Source: Myxococcota bacterium (GTDB lineage Bacteria > Myxococcota_A > Polyangia > Nannocystales > Nannocystaceae). Taken from it: a stretch of DNA of 64,000 nucleotides. Below, piece by piece: positions 1-11,091 of this stretch. Under the pieces are notes generated by a model. The model did not search any database. It saw nothing but the letters and a program-made list of their open reading frames with translations, and had not been told where the DNA came from. A program made the position numbers and the translations under genes. The stretch lies in assembly GCA_039028615.1 (NCBI GenBank), contig JBCCHT010000057.1:1-64000 (forward strand), given 5' to 3'. The stretch's first letter is position 1; the number at the start of each line of letters is the position of its first letter.

Positions 1-208
1 GCTGTCCAGCCTGCACCAGATGCTGCGACAGATCCGTCTCGTGCCCGAGCTATCCCGCGCGATCCCCTACGACATGATGGACAAGCTCTACTCGATGGCC
101 GGTTCGACCTTCTGGCCCTACATGGCGACGGACACCGCCGCCTGGGGGGTGCTCGCGGCCATCGTGCTGATGGTCAAGAGCACCGTCTCGAACCCAGCCC
201 GGAACTGA
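1..208 (+). CDS. 3' end of a hypothetical membrane protein (partial, runs off left edge)
   Basis: Frame open from window start to TGA at 206-208; high GC3; C-terminal hydrophobic segment AAWGVLAAIVLMV. Confidence 0.55.
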   Translation, partial: LSSLHQMLRQIRLVPELSRAIPYDMMDKLYSMAGSTFWPYMATDTAAWGVLAAIVLMVKSTVSNPARN

Positions 209-218
209 GGCCTTCTGC

Positions 219-689
219 TCACGCGAGGTCGCGCGCCAGCTCGGCATAGAACTCGTCGGACAGCAGGTACATCCCCCAGTCCCGCTCCAGCGCCGCCCCG
301 CGGCGCTGCTGAAACAGCACCAGATCGTCGAACTCGCCCTGGTACCAGCCCCACAAAAAGCGCACCCGCATCGCGTTGAGGTTGCGCTTGCGAATGACCG
401 CGGCGACCTCCTCCGTCTCGAGGTCGTCGAGTTCTTCGATGAGCGCCTCGGCTTCGTCGATCAAGATGCCCACGTACTCGATCCCGCGGTCGGTGAGCTG
501 GTAGCGCCCCTTGCGACGGTGGATCTCGACGTGACCATCGAGCACCAGCTGCTCCAACGCGGGCTCGAGCGGGACCAAGGAGTGCGGCAGCACCACGGGG
601 AAGCTCATCCCGCCGTCGTCGGGCGACAGGTCGAGCTTCTTGAGCACGTACATGCAGGCGTAGGTGAGCTTGTCGTCGGAGCTGATCAT
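219..689 (-). CDS. Hypothetical protein with winged-helix-like segment
   Basis: ATG at 689 overlaps the upstream stop (ATGA at 686-689); LEQLVLDGHVEIHRRKGRYQLTDRG resembles a wHTH wing (YxLTxxG). Confidence 0.75.
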   Translation of the reverse strand: MISSDDKLTYACMYVLKKLDLSPDDGGMSFPVVLPHSLVPLEPALEQLVLDGHVEIHRRKGRYQLTDRGIEYVGILIDEAEALIEELDDLETEEVAAVIRKRNLNAMRVRFLWGWYQGEFDDLVLFQQRRGAALERDWGMYLLSDEFYAELARDLA

Positions 690-1252
690 CGTTGGTGCCA
701 AGACTTCGCGTGAAGACGAATGCGAGCCGGAGCCTCGGGCGACACGTCGAGCCATGACAGCACGTCGCCATGGGCAAAGTGGAGCCGCCGCTGGCCGAGC
801 GCCGCTTCGCGCTCCACCGGTTCGTTGCGAGGGTTGCACAGCGCGAGCACGAGGTCGGCGGGCTCGGCGGGGAGCTGGGGCAGCTGCGCCCGCAAGAACG
901 CGGACAGCGGCGCCATCACGGTGAGGGGCTCGGCCTCCACCGGGTCGATGGGATCGGGAATGTCGATCTCGAGCTCGATGCCCGGGGCGTCGGGCTGCTC
1001 GTCGGCGCTGTGTAGCGCCAAGACCAGCGCCCGCTCGATGGAGCGCCGAGTGCCGTCGGCGGACTCGAGCACCAAGCCCTCGACCACGCCCCAGCCATAA
1101 CCCCAAAAATCGTGGTCGGGGGTGGCGCGGTGCTGGCCCTGCTCGTCCGCTTGCAGGTTGAGCAGGGTCAGCGGGTCGCGACGCGGCAGCGGGACCTCGG
1201 CCAGAGACTCTGGCACCGGGCCCCGGTAGTCCTGCGTCGCCTGGTCTGCCAC
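686..1252 (-). CDS. Hypothetical protein
   Basis: 188-aa ORF with typical codon usage, tightly packed between neighbouring genes. Confidence 0.7.
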   Translation of the reverse strand: MADQATQDYRGPVPESLAEVPLPRRDPLTLLNLQADEQGQHRATPDHDFWGYGWGVVEGLVLESADGTRRSIERALVLALHSADEQPDAPGIELEIDIPDPIDPVEAEPLTVMAPLSAFLRAQLPQLPAEPADLVLALCNPRNEPVEREAALGQRRLHFAHGDVLSWLDVSPEAPARIRLHAKSWHQR

Positions 1253-1256
1253 GGGC

Positions 1257-2075
1257 TCAGGCCTCGAGGCGAATCACTCGACCGGAGGGGCGACCCTTGC
1301 GACCGAAGCGGCCTCCGCCGAACGAGCGCGAGCGCGGCCGCGGGCTGGGCGACGAAGAGCTGGGGCGACCGCCGCCGTAGTTGCTGCCCTTGCTGCCGTA
1401 GCTCCGGCCCGACTTGCTGCTCTTGCCCTGGCGGAACTTGTCGGGGTTCTTCTGGCGGTAGCCGTCGCGATGCGAGGTCAGGGCTTTGTGACGGTCGGGA
1501 GAGGTCACGTACGACTGCGTGTACACGGGGCGGTAGCCGGGAGAAAACGCGCGGCTGACCATGTAGCCCAGCACCATGCCGGACGCGATGTTCCACATCG
1601 GCGAGGTGTAGCCGTGATAGGCACCGTGGCCGTGGATGCGGTACTGCGCTTCCTTGTCGCCCGTGATCTCGCGCTTGAGGCTGAAAATCTTCTCGGGCTC
1701 TTCGACCTTGCCGTCGGTGTTCTTGTCGAAGAAGCCGGTAACCTCTTGGGTCTTGTCGTCGACGTCCTGCACCGCGATGCTGATGATCTCGTCGCCGGTG
1801 TAGATCTCGTTGACCTTCTTCTCGAAGTCCTCGGGGCCCTCGGCCTCGCGGTAGGCCTTGCCCACCGCGTCCCAGTCGATGTCGACGGTGGTGTCCTGGG
1901 TGGTGACCCACCGATCGTTGCTGCGGGGGGCGGAGTCGTTGCCGCACGCGGGAATCGCCACGACCAGTGCCGCGGCGACGGCCACGCTGGAGGCCACCCT
2001 CGCGGCGCGCCGACCGGCGACGCCTCGTTGTTGTTCGCTCATTTCAGGGGGCAGCGTAAGCATGAGCACGCCCAC
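1257..2075 (-). CDS. Lipoprotein with EF-hand-like loop and Ser/Gly/Arg-rich tail (DUF1190/YgiB-like C-terminal half)
   Basis: Lipobox-like IPAC; loop DKNTDGKVEEPE; GMVLGYMVSR motif; SRSFGGGRFG tail; true start may be 2063 or 2042. Confidence 0.7.
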   Translation of the reverse strand: MGVLMLTLPPEMSEQQRGVAGRRAARVASSVAVAAALVVAIPACGNDSAPRSNDRWVTTQDTTVDIDWDAVGKAYREAEGPEDFEKKVNEIYTGDEIISIAVQDVDDKTQEVTGFFDKNTDGKVEEPEKIFSLKREITGDKEAQYRIHGHGAYHGYTSPMWNIASGMVLGYMVSRAFSPGYRPVYTQSYVTSPDRHKALTSHRDGYRQKNPDKFRQGKSSKSGRSYGSKGSNYGGGRPSSSSPSPRPRSRSFGGGRFGRKGRPSGRVIRLEA

Positions 2076-2084
2076 GTCAAGGAT

Positions 2085-2480
2085 TCACCACCAACGAGGG
2101 CGAGGACCCGCCCAGGGCGGCCACAGCAGGCGGGCCAGCACCCACGCCACCAACACGCCCGCGGCATCGGCCGCGAAGTCGCCGAGGCTGCTGTTGCGCT
2201 CCCACGGCATCAGCCCCTGGCCGATTTCCGTCACCGCGCCCATGAGCAACCCGAGCGGTACGAGCCGAGAGCCCCGAAGCCCTCGCCAGCCCCACAAGCC
2301 GGTGAAGACCCCCAGCAGCACGAAGTGCACCGCCTTGTCCCACCACCACAGGATGTTCTCGGGGGGCGGAGGCGGAGGCGACCACAACAAGACGAACACC
2401 ACCACCGTCCAGGCCCAGGCGGTGATGTGCACGGCACGGCCCCAGCGGCCGCCGACCAGCGAAGACGAGGGTTCGGTCAC
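2085..2480 (-). CDS. VanZ-family membrane protein
   Basis: WDKAVHF...TEIGQ...R..S..DFAADAAG motifs; about 4 hydrophobic helices. Confidence 0.8.
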   Translation of the reverse strand: MTEPSSSLVGGRWGRAVHITAWAWTVVVFVLLWSPPPPPPENILWWWDKAVHFVLLGVFTGLWGWRGLRGSRLVPLGLLMGAVTEIGQGLMPWERNSSLGDFAADAAGVLVAWVLARLLWPPWAGPRPRWW

Positions 2481-2505
2481 GCGGCTCGAGCCTACCTCAT
2501 GGGCT

Positions 2506-3024
2506 CTACTGCGCCTGCTCGGACTCGGCGTCGACCCACAGCGAGATCATCTCGTTGTTGTCGACGATGCGCGAGTGGTGATGACCCCAGGTATCGCTGA
2601 TGTAGATCGTCGAGCCTTCGTCGAGCTTGTCCGTGAGATAGATGGCGCAGTACTCCGCGTCGCCGCTGCCGATCTTCCCGACCTTGGGCAGGGGCTTGCG
2701 TGACACGGGGCACATCAGCTCGCACTTGGTGCCGTCGGCGAGCCCGTCCATGCCGCTCTTGCGACGATCGCCGTGGATGGCCGACAGGTGGACCTGCTCC
2801 TCACGGTCGCCCGCCTTCACGAGCAAGGTCACTGCGGGGTAGCCCCCGAACGTCACGTCGGAAACCCCGACGAGGTTGTCACCGCCCGGGCCAAAGGCCT
2901 GGTTGACGATGATGATCACCTCGTCCTGCACGGTGAGGGGCGCGTCCGGCCCCCCGCTGGGCTTGGCCCCCGTGATCTGCAGGTTGTCCACGTCGACATT
3001 GTCACGAGCCATCGCGTCACCCAT
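2506..3024 (-). CDS. Hypothetical protein (Cys/His-containing)
   Basis: 172-aa ORF with strong GC3 bias; CELMCP and WGHHHSR motifs; start may be 3012. Confidence 0.75.
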   Translation of the reverse strand: MGDAMARDNVDVDNLQITGAKPSGGPDAPLTVQDEVIIIVNQAFGPGGDNLVGVSDVTFGGYPAVTLLVKAGDREEQVHLSAIHGDRRKSGMDGLADGTKCELMCPVSRKPLPKVGKIGSGDAEYCAIYLTDKLDEGSTIYISDTWGHHHSRIVDNNEMISLWVDAESEQAQ

Positions 3025-3171
3025 AACAACCGGGATCCAAGACGATCCGCAAGCGATAAATCACCACCGGATCGGGCCTGATCGGCGACGCAGCGCGTCG
3101 AGTGGCACCTCCCCCCACCATGCGCTGAACCTGCGACTTCGGTGCTCGATTTCTGCTAGCCTGCGCGCCCA

Positions 3172-4530
3172 ATGGCCCCGCCCGCCACTTTCCATCGGCT
3201 CTTCATCGCCAACCGCGGCGAGGTCGCGGTGCGCATCGCCAAGGCCTGCGACGCGCTGGGCATCACGCCCGTGTTCGCGGTGTCGAAGGCCGACGCCAAC
3301 GCGCCCTATCTCGAGGGGCGCGAGTCCGTCCTATTGGGCCCTGGTCGAGCCGCGCAGAGCTACCTCGATCCCGCTCGCGTCGTGCAAGCGGCCCGGCAAT
3401 CGGGATGCACCGCGCTCCATCCGGGCTGGGGCTTCCTGGCCGAGAACCCGGTCTTCGCCGGCCTCTGTGAGAACCACGGGGTGACCTTCGTCGGGCCTCC
3501 CGCCCACGTGATGCACCTGATGGGCAAGAAGACGCCCGCCAAGCGAGCGATGGCGGCGGCGGGGCTGAACCTCATCCCGGGCAGCGACGGCATCCTGGCC
3601 GACGCCGAAGAGGCTCGCGAGGTGGCCGACCGTATCGGCTATCCCGTGCTGATCAAGGCCGAGAGCGGTGGTGGCGGCCGAGGCATGCGAATCGCCCGTG
3701 CGGCCGATCTGGTCGCCGATGCCTTTGCCGACGCGCAGGCCGAGGCCCGGGCCGCCTTTGGTGACCCGCGGGTCTACATGGAGAAGCTCATCGAGGGCGG
3801 GCGCCACGTCGAGATCCAGGTCATCTCCGATCGCTACCGCAACGGCGTGCACCTGGGCGAGCGCGACTGCACCGTCCAGCGCAACCACCAAAAGCTCATC
3901 GAGGAGTCGCCCTCCCCCGTGCTCGACGAAGCCACGCGGGCACAGAGCCTGGCCGCAGCCGTCGCCGCCACCACGCGCATCGGCTACGTGGGCGCGGGCA
4001 CCATGGAGTTCCTGCTCGACGCCGACGGCGTGCTCCGCTTCATGGAGATGAACACCCGGCTGCAGGTCGAGCACTGCGTCTCCGAGATGCGCAGCGGGGT
4101 CGACCTGGTCACCGAGCAGCTCCGCGTCGCGGCCGGCCATCGGCTCTCGCTACGGCAAGAGGAAATCGAGTTCACCGGTCACGTCATCGAGTGCCGGATC
4201 AACGCCGAAGACCCGGCCGATGGCTTCCGCCCCGCCCCGGGCACCATCACCAAGTGGAAGAGCCCCGAGGCCTCCGACGGCAACGTCCGCGTCGACACCC
4301 ACGTGCAGTCGGGCTACCGGATCCCGCCGCACTACGACAGCCTGATCTGCAAGGTCATCGCCCGGGGCGACGACCGCAACGCCGCCGCCGACCGCATGAT
4401 CGCCGCGCTGTCCGAGCTCACCTGCGAAGGCGTGCCCACCACGGTGCCGATGCACGAGCAGATCTTGGCTTCGGCCGACTTCCGCGAGCACCGCTACGAC
4501 ACCCGGAGCATCCCGGGCTGGAGCGCCTGA
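3172..4530 (+). CDS. accC: Biotin carboxylase subunit
   Basis: IANRGEVAVRI, HPGWGFLAEN, GGGGRGM, FMEMNTRLQVEH, ECRINAED and YDSLICK motifs. Confidence 0.95.
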   Translation: MAPPATFHRLFIANRGEVAVRIAKACDALGITPVFAVSKADANAPYLEGRESVLLGPGRAAQSYLDPARVVQAARQSGCTALHPGWGFLAENPVFAGLCENHGVTFVGPPAHVMHLMGKKTPAKRAMAAAGLNLIPGSDGILADAEEAREVADRIGYPVLIKAESGGGGRGMRIARAADLVADAFADAQAEARAAFGDPRVYMEKLIEGGRHVEIQVISDRYRNGVHLGERDCTVQRNHQKLIEESPSPVLDEATRAQSLAAAVAATTRIGYVGAGTMEFLLDADGVLRFMEMNTRLQVEHCVSEMRSGVDLVTEQLRVAAGHRLSLRQEEIEFTGHVIECRINAEDPADGFRPAPGTITKWKSPEASDGNVRVDTHVQSGYRIPPHYDSLICKVIARGDDRNAAADRMIAALSELTCEGVPTTVPMHEQILASADFREHRYDTRSIPGWSA

Positions 4531-4541
4531 ACCTCCGCACC

Positions 4542-5383
4542 ATGCCCACCGAGAGCGGACAGCTGCAGCACGTGCAGGCCAACGGATTGCGCTTCGCCTA
4601 CTTCGAGCAAGGCGAGGGTCCGCTGGTGTTGCTGCTGCACGGCTTCCCCGACACCGCCCATACCTGGGACGAGGTGCGGCCGGCTCTCGCCGCCGAGGGC
4701 TATCGCGTGGTCAGCCCCTTCATGCGGGGCTACCACCCCACCGAGGCCCCGGCTCGAGACGAATTCGACTCCGACGCCCTGGGCCGTGACGCGCTGGCGC
4801 TGATCGAAGCGCTGGGCGAGACGCAGGCGATCGTGGTGGGTCACGACTGGGGCGCGAGCGCGGCGTACTCGGCCGCGGGCTTGGGCCCGGAGAAGGTCCG
4901 CGCCCTCGTCACCATGGCCGTGCCGCACCCGGCCGGGCTGCGCCCCTCGCCGCGGCTGCTGTGGCAGTTCCGGCACTTCTTCTCGCTGCGACGCAAGGGC
5001 GCGGCCGACAAGGCGCGGGCGAACGACTTCGCGATCATCGACGAGCTGGTGCAGCGATGGTCGCCCGCGTGGCAAGTGCCGCCCGGCGAGACCGAGGCGG
5101 TCAAGCGATGCTTCCGCCAGCCCGGCGCGCTCGAGGCCGCGCTCGGCTACTACCGCTGCCTCCGCCCCCGGCCCCCGGCCGGTCAGCGCCGCCCGGTCAC
5201 CATGCCCGCGGCCGCGTTCGCGGGCACCGAGGACAACATCAGCCCCGAGCTGTACGAACGCACCCGCCCCCGCTACCGCAACCACTTCGAGGTGGTGCGC
5301 GTCCGGGGCGGCCACTTCATGCACCGCGAGCACCCCGAGGGGTTCATCCGCGAGCTTGTTCGAGTAACAAAGGAACTGACGGC

Positions 5384-5387
<4 letters not shown>
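4542..5387 (+). CDS. Alpha/beta hydrolase, epoxide-hydrolase-like
   Basis: LLHGFPD, GHDWGA (Asp nucleophile) and GHFMHRE. Confidence 0.9.
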
Positions 5388-7117
<1,730 letters not shown>

Positions 7118-7142
7118 AGGCAGCCGAGGAGCGAGACGAACG

Positions 7143-7754
7143 ATGAAGCGCGAACACGTCGATGGACGCCTCTTTGTCCCCGAGCTCACCGCGGGGGTCA
7201 GCCGCGACGGCAGCACCATCCAGCTGCTCGCCCCCGGGGTCGGGCACTGGGTCGGACCTCCGCTCGCGGGCAGCGTGGTGATGCCGGGTGGTCTGCTGGG
7301 TGAGCTGGAGATCCTGGGCGTACGACACCGCCTGCGGGCCCCGGCCGAGGCCAGCGGCCTCGTGCTCGCCTACGACGGTCCCCGCGTGGCCCGACGGGCC
7401 GTGCAGTGGAACGACGTGCTGGTCACGCTCGATCCCGAGGCCAGCCCCTCCGGGCTCGCCGCGGGCGATGCCTCGGCCGCGACCCAGAGCGACATCGGGG
7501 GGCTCGCGTTCTCCAGCCCGCTGTCGGGGCGCTACTACGCTCGCCCCGGACCCGACCAGGACGTCTTCGTGTCGGTCGGCGACGTGATCGAGACCGGACA
7601 GACGGTGGCCATCCTCGAGGTCATGAAGACCTTCAACCGGGTGACCTACGGCGGCGAGGGCCTGCCCGCGCGCGCGAAAGTGGTGGCCATCGTGCCCGCC
7701 GACGCCGACGACGTCGACGAGGGCGACGTGCTGCTGCGGGTCGAGCCCGCCTGA
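7143..7754 (+). CDS. accB: Biotin carboxyl carrier protein with an extra degenerate N-terminal biotinyl-like domain
   Basis: SPLSGRYY...FVSVGD...LEVMKTFN (biotinylated Lys). Confidence 0.85.
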   Translation: MKREHVDGRLFVPELTAGVSRDGSTIQLLAPGVGHWVGPPLAGSVVMPGGLLGELEILGVRHRLRAPAEASGLVLAYDGPRVARRAVQWNDVLVTLDPEASPSGLAAGDASAATQSDIGGLAFSSPLSGRYYARPGPDQDVFVSVGDVIETGQTVAILEVMKTFNRVTYGGEGLPARAKVVAIVPADADDVDEGDVLLRVEPA

Positions 7755-7910
7755 GCCAGTTCGAGTTCCGGGGCCACGAGGCAAGCAGAGCGACCCTTTC
7801 CGGGCCTCTGTAATATGACGAAAGGTCATTTCCACTCATCCCCGTCCCAGACTCGAGGCCACGAGCCCGAATCGAACCTTCCCTGTTGCGTTTGAGAAGG
7901 GGCGCCCTGA

Positions 7911-8594
7911 TTGGTGGCGCTTTGGATCGGGGGCAAGATGGAAGACGTCATGGGCAGGTCGCGAGACGCTCCTTCTGCGCCATTGTGGAAGGAACCGACG
8001 CAGGCGCGCAGCCGCGAGCGTGTCGATCGCATGCTGGCGGCGACCCACTCGCTCATCCAGGACAGCGGGGCCTACGGCTTCACCATGCAGGACGTCGCGC
8101 TCGGGGCCGACGTCCCCGTGGGCTCGCTGTACCAGTTCTTTCCCGATCGCAACGCCCTGCTCGCCCGGCTCTTCGCCGACTTCCAGGCGCGGGTGGATGC
8201 GTTGTTCCAAAAGCGCTTCGCCGCGGTGGAGACGGCGGACCAGCTCGAGACGACAGCGGTGAGCCTGGTGGGCGCGCTGTATCGGTTCGTGCAGCAAGAC
8301 CCGATGCACGCCGAGCTGTGGCGCGCCGTGCAGGCCAGCCCCGCGCTGCGACACCTCGACGCCGAGGCGACCCGCAGCAACGCCACCCGCGTGTTCGAAG
8401 CCGCGCGGCCCTTGGTCTCCGAGGACGTCTCGACCCGACGCCTGCGCACCGCCTGCTCGATGCTCTGCGATCTGGTGGGCGCCACCGTGCTCAAGGCGCT
8501 GCAACAACGCAAGACGAGCGGCTCGGCCTTGGTGCGAGAGTATGCGGAGATGACCCGGTGCTATATGGGCTCTCTGCTGGACGGCGACGGCTGA
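7911..8594 (+). CDS. TetR/AcrR-family transcriptional regulator
   Basis: PTQARSRERV...FTMQDVA..ADVPVGSLYQFFPDR helix-turn-helix; start may be 7938. Confidence 0.9.
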   Translation: MVALWIGGKMEDVMGRSRDAPSAPLWKEPTQARSRERVDRMLAATHSLIQDSGAYGFTMQDVALGADVPVGSLYQFFPDRNALLARLFADFQARVDALFQKRFAAVETADQLETTAVSLVGALYRFVQQDPMHAELWRAVQASPALRHLDAEATRSNATRVFEAARPLVSEDVSTRRLRTACSMLCDLVGATVLKALQQRKTSGSALVREYAEMTRCYMGSLLDGDG

Positions 8595-8619
8595 TCGCCT
8601 GCCCGCCCGCGCGCTCGCC

Positions 8620-9522
8620 ATGAACGCCCCTCGCCCGTCGCCGCTGCTCGTCCGGGCGCTGCTCGTCACGTGCGTGGGCTTTGCTGGCGTGGGCCTGCTG
8701 CTGACGATCGCCGGGCGCACCGAACTGTTCTCGCCGTGGCGGACCGCCGCGGCGCAGGCCCTGCTCGGGCGCGACGCCCTTCCGCCCTCGGTGCTGCCGC
8801 TGGCCGCCCTGACCGACGGGATCCTCGGCGGCACCGTGGTCGGCAAGTGGGTCGCCGCCGCGTGGCTGGTGGCCGTGCCGCTGCGCCAGGGCCAGCGCTG
8901 GGCATGGTGGGCACTGCTCGCCGGTCAGCTGGGGTGCTTCGTGGTCGGCTCGGGCGTGTCGGTGACGTTGGGCGCCCACTTCAACGTCTGGATGGTCGAC
9001 GCCGCACCGCTGGTGCTCCTCGGCGGGCTGCTCGTGGCGTGCCATCGCTCCACATCCACCACCGCGCCCCCCACCCCTGCGCCGAACCGGGCGTGGCTGT
9101 TCACCCAACGCGCGTGCATCGTCTTCGTCGTCGTGGGCGTCGTGGTCGCCACGACCAGCCACACCGTCATCTTCGAGCTCTACCGCCACGCCATCGCCGA
9201 CACCTGGTTTCGCGGGCAGCTCCCCGCCGATGCCCTCGCGTGGGTGCGCATGAGCTACGCACTCGTCGGGGCGACCTTCGTCGGCCACTTCATCATGCTC
9301 GCGATGGCCCTGCACTACGCCGCGGGGCAGCGCTGGGTCCTGCAGGCCACCGTGAGCTCGATGCTGGCGTGGTTTTTCATCGACAGCATCGCCGACCTCG
9401 TGCACGGGGCGTGGTTCAACGTCTGGATGATCAACCTGCCCTCGCTGTCCGCGGTGCTCATCCCGGCCGTCCTCGCCTACCGGCACATCGCGGCCTCCAG
9501 CCAAGGCCACGGTGTCGACTGA
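8620..9522 (+). CDS. Integral membrane protein with internal duplication
   Basis: About 8 hydrophobic segments; GQRW and GAxFNVWM each occur twice. Confidence 0.8.
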   Translation: MNAPRPSPLLVRALLVTCVGFAGVGLLLTIAGRTELFSPWRTAAAQALLGRDALPPSVLPLAALTDGILGGTVVGKWVAAAWLVAVPLRQGQRWAWWALLAGQLGCFVVGSGVSVTLGAHFNVWMVDAAPLVLLGGLLVACHRSTSTTAPPTPAPNRAWLFTQRACIVFVVVGVVVATTSHTVIFELYRHAIADTWFRGQLPADALAWVRMSYALVGATFVGHFIMLAMALHYAAGQRWVLQATVSSMLAWFFIDSIADLVHGAWFNVWMINLPSLSAVLIPAVLAYRHIAASSQGHGVD

Positions 9523-9534
9523 GCGAGCGGTGAT

Positions 9535-10992
9535 TCAGCGGATCAGCTCGAGGATGGAGGCGCGGCTGGTCGGGTCGGCCCGCACTCGGATCGCGGTGCT
9601 CTTGCCGACCACCCGCTCGGCCAGGGCGGACAGGGCCCCGAGGTCGCGATAGTGCAGCCGCCAGCCGAAGACGTACTCGAGCACCCAGGTGGTGGCCGGC
9701 TCGGCCCGCAGGTTGCCCAGCACCAGACGTCCGCCCGAGCGCAGCCGCGAGTACAAGGTGCGGACCACCGCGCGTGCGTCGGAGTCCTTGAGCCCGCCGA
9801 GCACCCCCGCACCGTAGATGAGATCGAAGGGCGGCTCGTCGGACAGGTTCACGGGCAAGCCGGTCGGCGAGCGCCAGCTGACCTTGAGGTCGGCGTCGCG
9901 GCCCGCCCAGCGCTCGCGCCAGAAGGGCTCCCGATCGATGCGGGTCTGCGAGTCCGTCTCGAGCAGGGTGAGGTCGACCCGATGCCCCCCGATGAGCTGC
10001 GCGTCGGCCAGCTCGACGGCGGGACCGGGCTGCACCACGAGGACCCGGGCGTCACGCTTGTCGCGGAGGCTGTCCCACAGCTCACCGAGCCACTGGGGTC
10101 GCGCCAAGATCGTGCGGATGAGCGGATAGCGAGCCCAGGCGTAGCGCAGGAACCGGGCGTGCAGGGTCGACGCGTCGTACTCGGGCGAGAGGAACAACGC
10201 GGGGAGCTGGTAGTCGTCGATCGCCCCGTGCACGGGCGGCGGCGGCAGCTCGCCGGGATACATGTCGTGGGACAGCTCGCTGCGGGCGTGGCCTCGCGCC
10301 GCCTCGCGCTGCGCCTCGTCGAACCCGGTGCTGAGATCGTGCAGGCGCCCCAGCGACCCCAGGCAACGCGGACCCCACTGGGTGAAGAAGTCGGAGAACA
10401 CCGCGTGCTCTTGGGCCGGGATCAGCTGGTCGCCCATCGGCCGCGTGGCGTGGTCGAGGAAGAAGCTGCTCCAGCGCAGGACCTGCCCGAACTCGGCCAC
10501 GGCGGCCCGCCAGTCGGCCGGCAGAGCAGCGGCCTCGGGGCTGGCGCCGCCGGGGTCGACGGGGGCACCGTCGCGAAGCCGCAGGTTGCGGAGCTCGACG
10601 CCACGCCCGGTGAAGCGCAGGCCGGCTCGTCGCGCCGCCCCTTGCAGCAGGTTCACGACGTCGGCCGAGCCGTGGGCGACGATCGCTTCGCCCTGCTCGA
10701 GGCGGACCTCGTCGACATGCATGCCCAAGGCGATCTTCACGTCGCGACCGAGGCGGATCCCGATGCCGCCCGCGGACACGTCGAGCACGGTGCACTCCCC
10801 CAGCTCCCGACCCTGGCTGATGAGGAACACCCGCAAGGGCTTGGCGAGCTCGTCCGCCACGATCCGAAGCGGCCGCTGCCGAAACGCAAGAGTCGCGGCC
10901 GCGAGATTGACGTCCGTCTTGTAGTGCGTTCGATGCCTCGGCGTGCGGACGGGCGCCCCGTCCTCCCGTTCTTCTTCGGACACGAACTGCAC
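9535..10992 (-). CDS. PilZ-like domain fused to a class I SAM-methyltransferase-like domain (degenerate)
   Basis: RTPRHR and DVSAGG (PilZ RxxxR and DxSxxG); FDLIYGAG...LRSGGRLVLGN...WRLHYR; start uncertain (10992-11040). Confidence 0.75.
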   Translation of the reverse strand: MQFVSEEEREDGAPVRTPRHRTHYKTDVNLAAATLAFRQRPLRIVADELAKPLRVFLISQGRELGECTVLDVSAGGIGIRLGRDVKIALGMHVDEVRLEQGEAIVAHGSADVVNLLQGAARRAGLRFTGRGVELRNLRLRDGAPVDPGGASPEAAALPADWRAAVAEFGQVLRWSSFFLDHATRPMGDQLIPAQEHAVFSDFFTQWGPRCLGSLGRLHDLSTGFDEAQREAARGHARSELSHDMYPGELPPPPVHGAIDDYQLPALFLSPEYDASTLHARFLRYAWARYPLIRTILARPQWLGELWDSLRDKRDARVLVVQPGPAVELADAQLIGGHRVDLTLLETDSQTRIDREPFWRERWAGRDADLKVSWRSPTGLPVNLSDEPPFDLIYGAGVLGGLKDSDARAVVRTLYSRLRSGGRLVLGNLRAEPATTWVLEYVFGWRLHYRDLGALSALAERVVGKSTAIRVRADPTSRASILELIR

Positions 10993-11091
10993 GATACCGC
11001 CGGGTCCGGGCCCTGGGGTGATTGGTGATCCCCCCGACACCGCCCTACGGCGAAATCGCCGCTCTGGGGGCCCAATCGGCGTTCGCCAACC

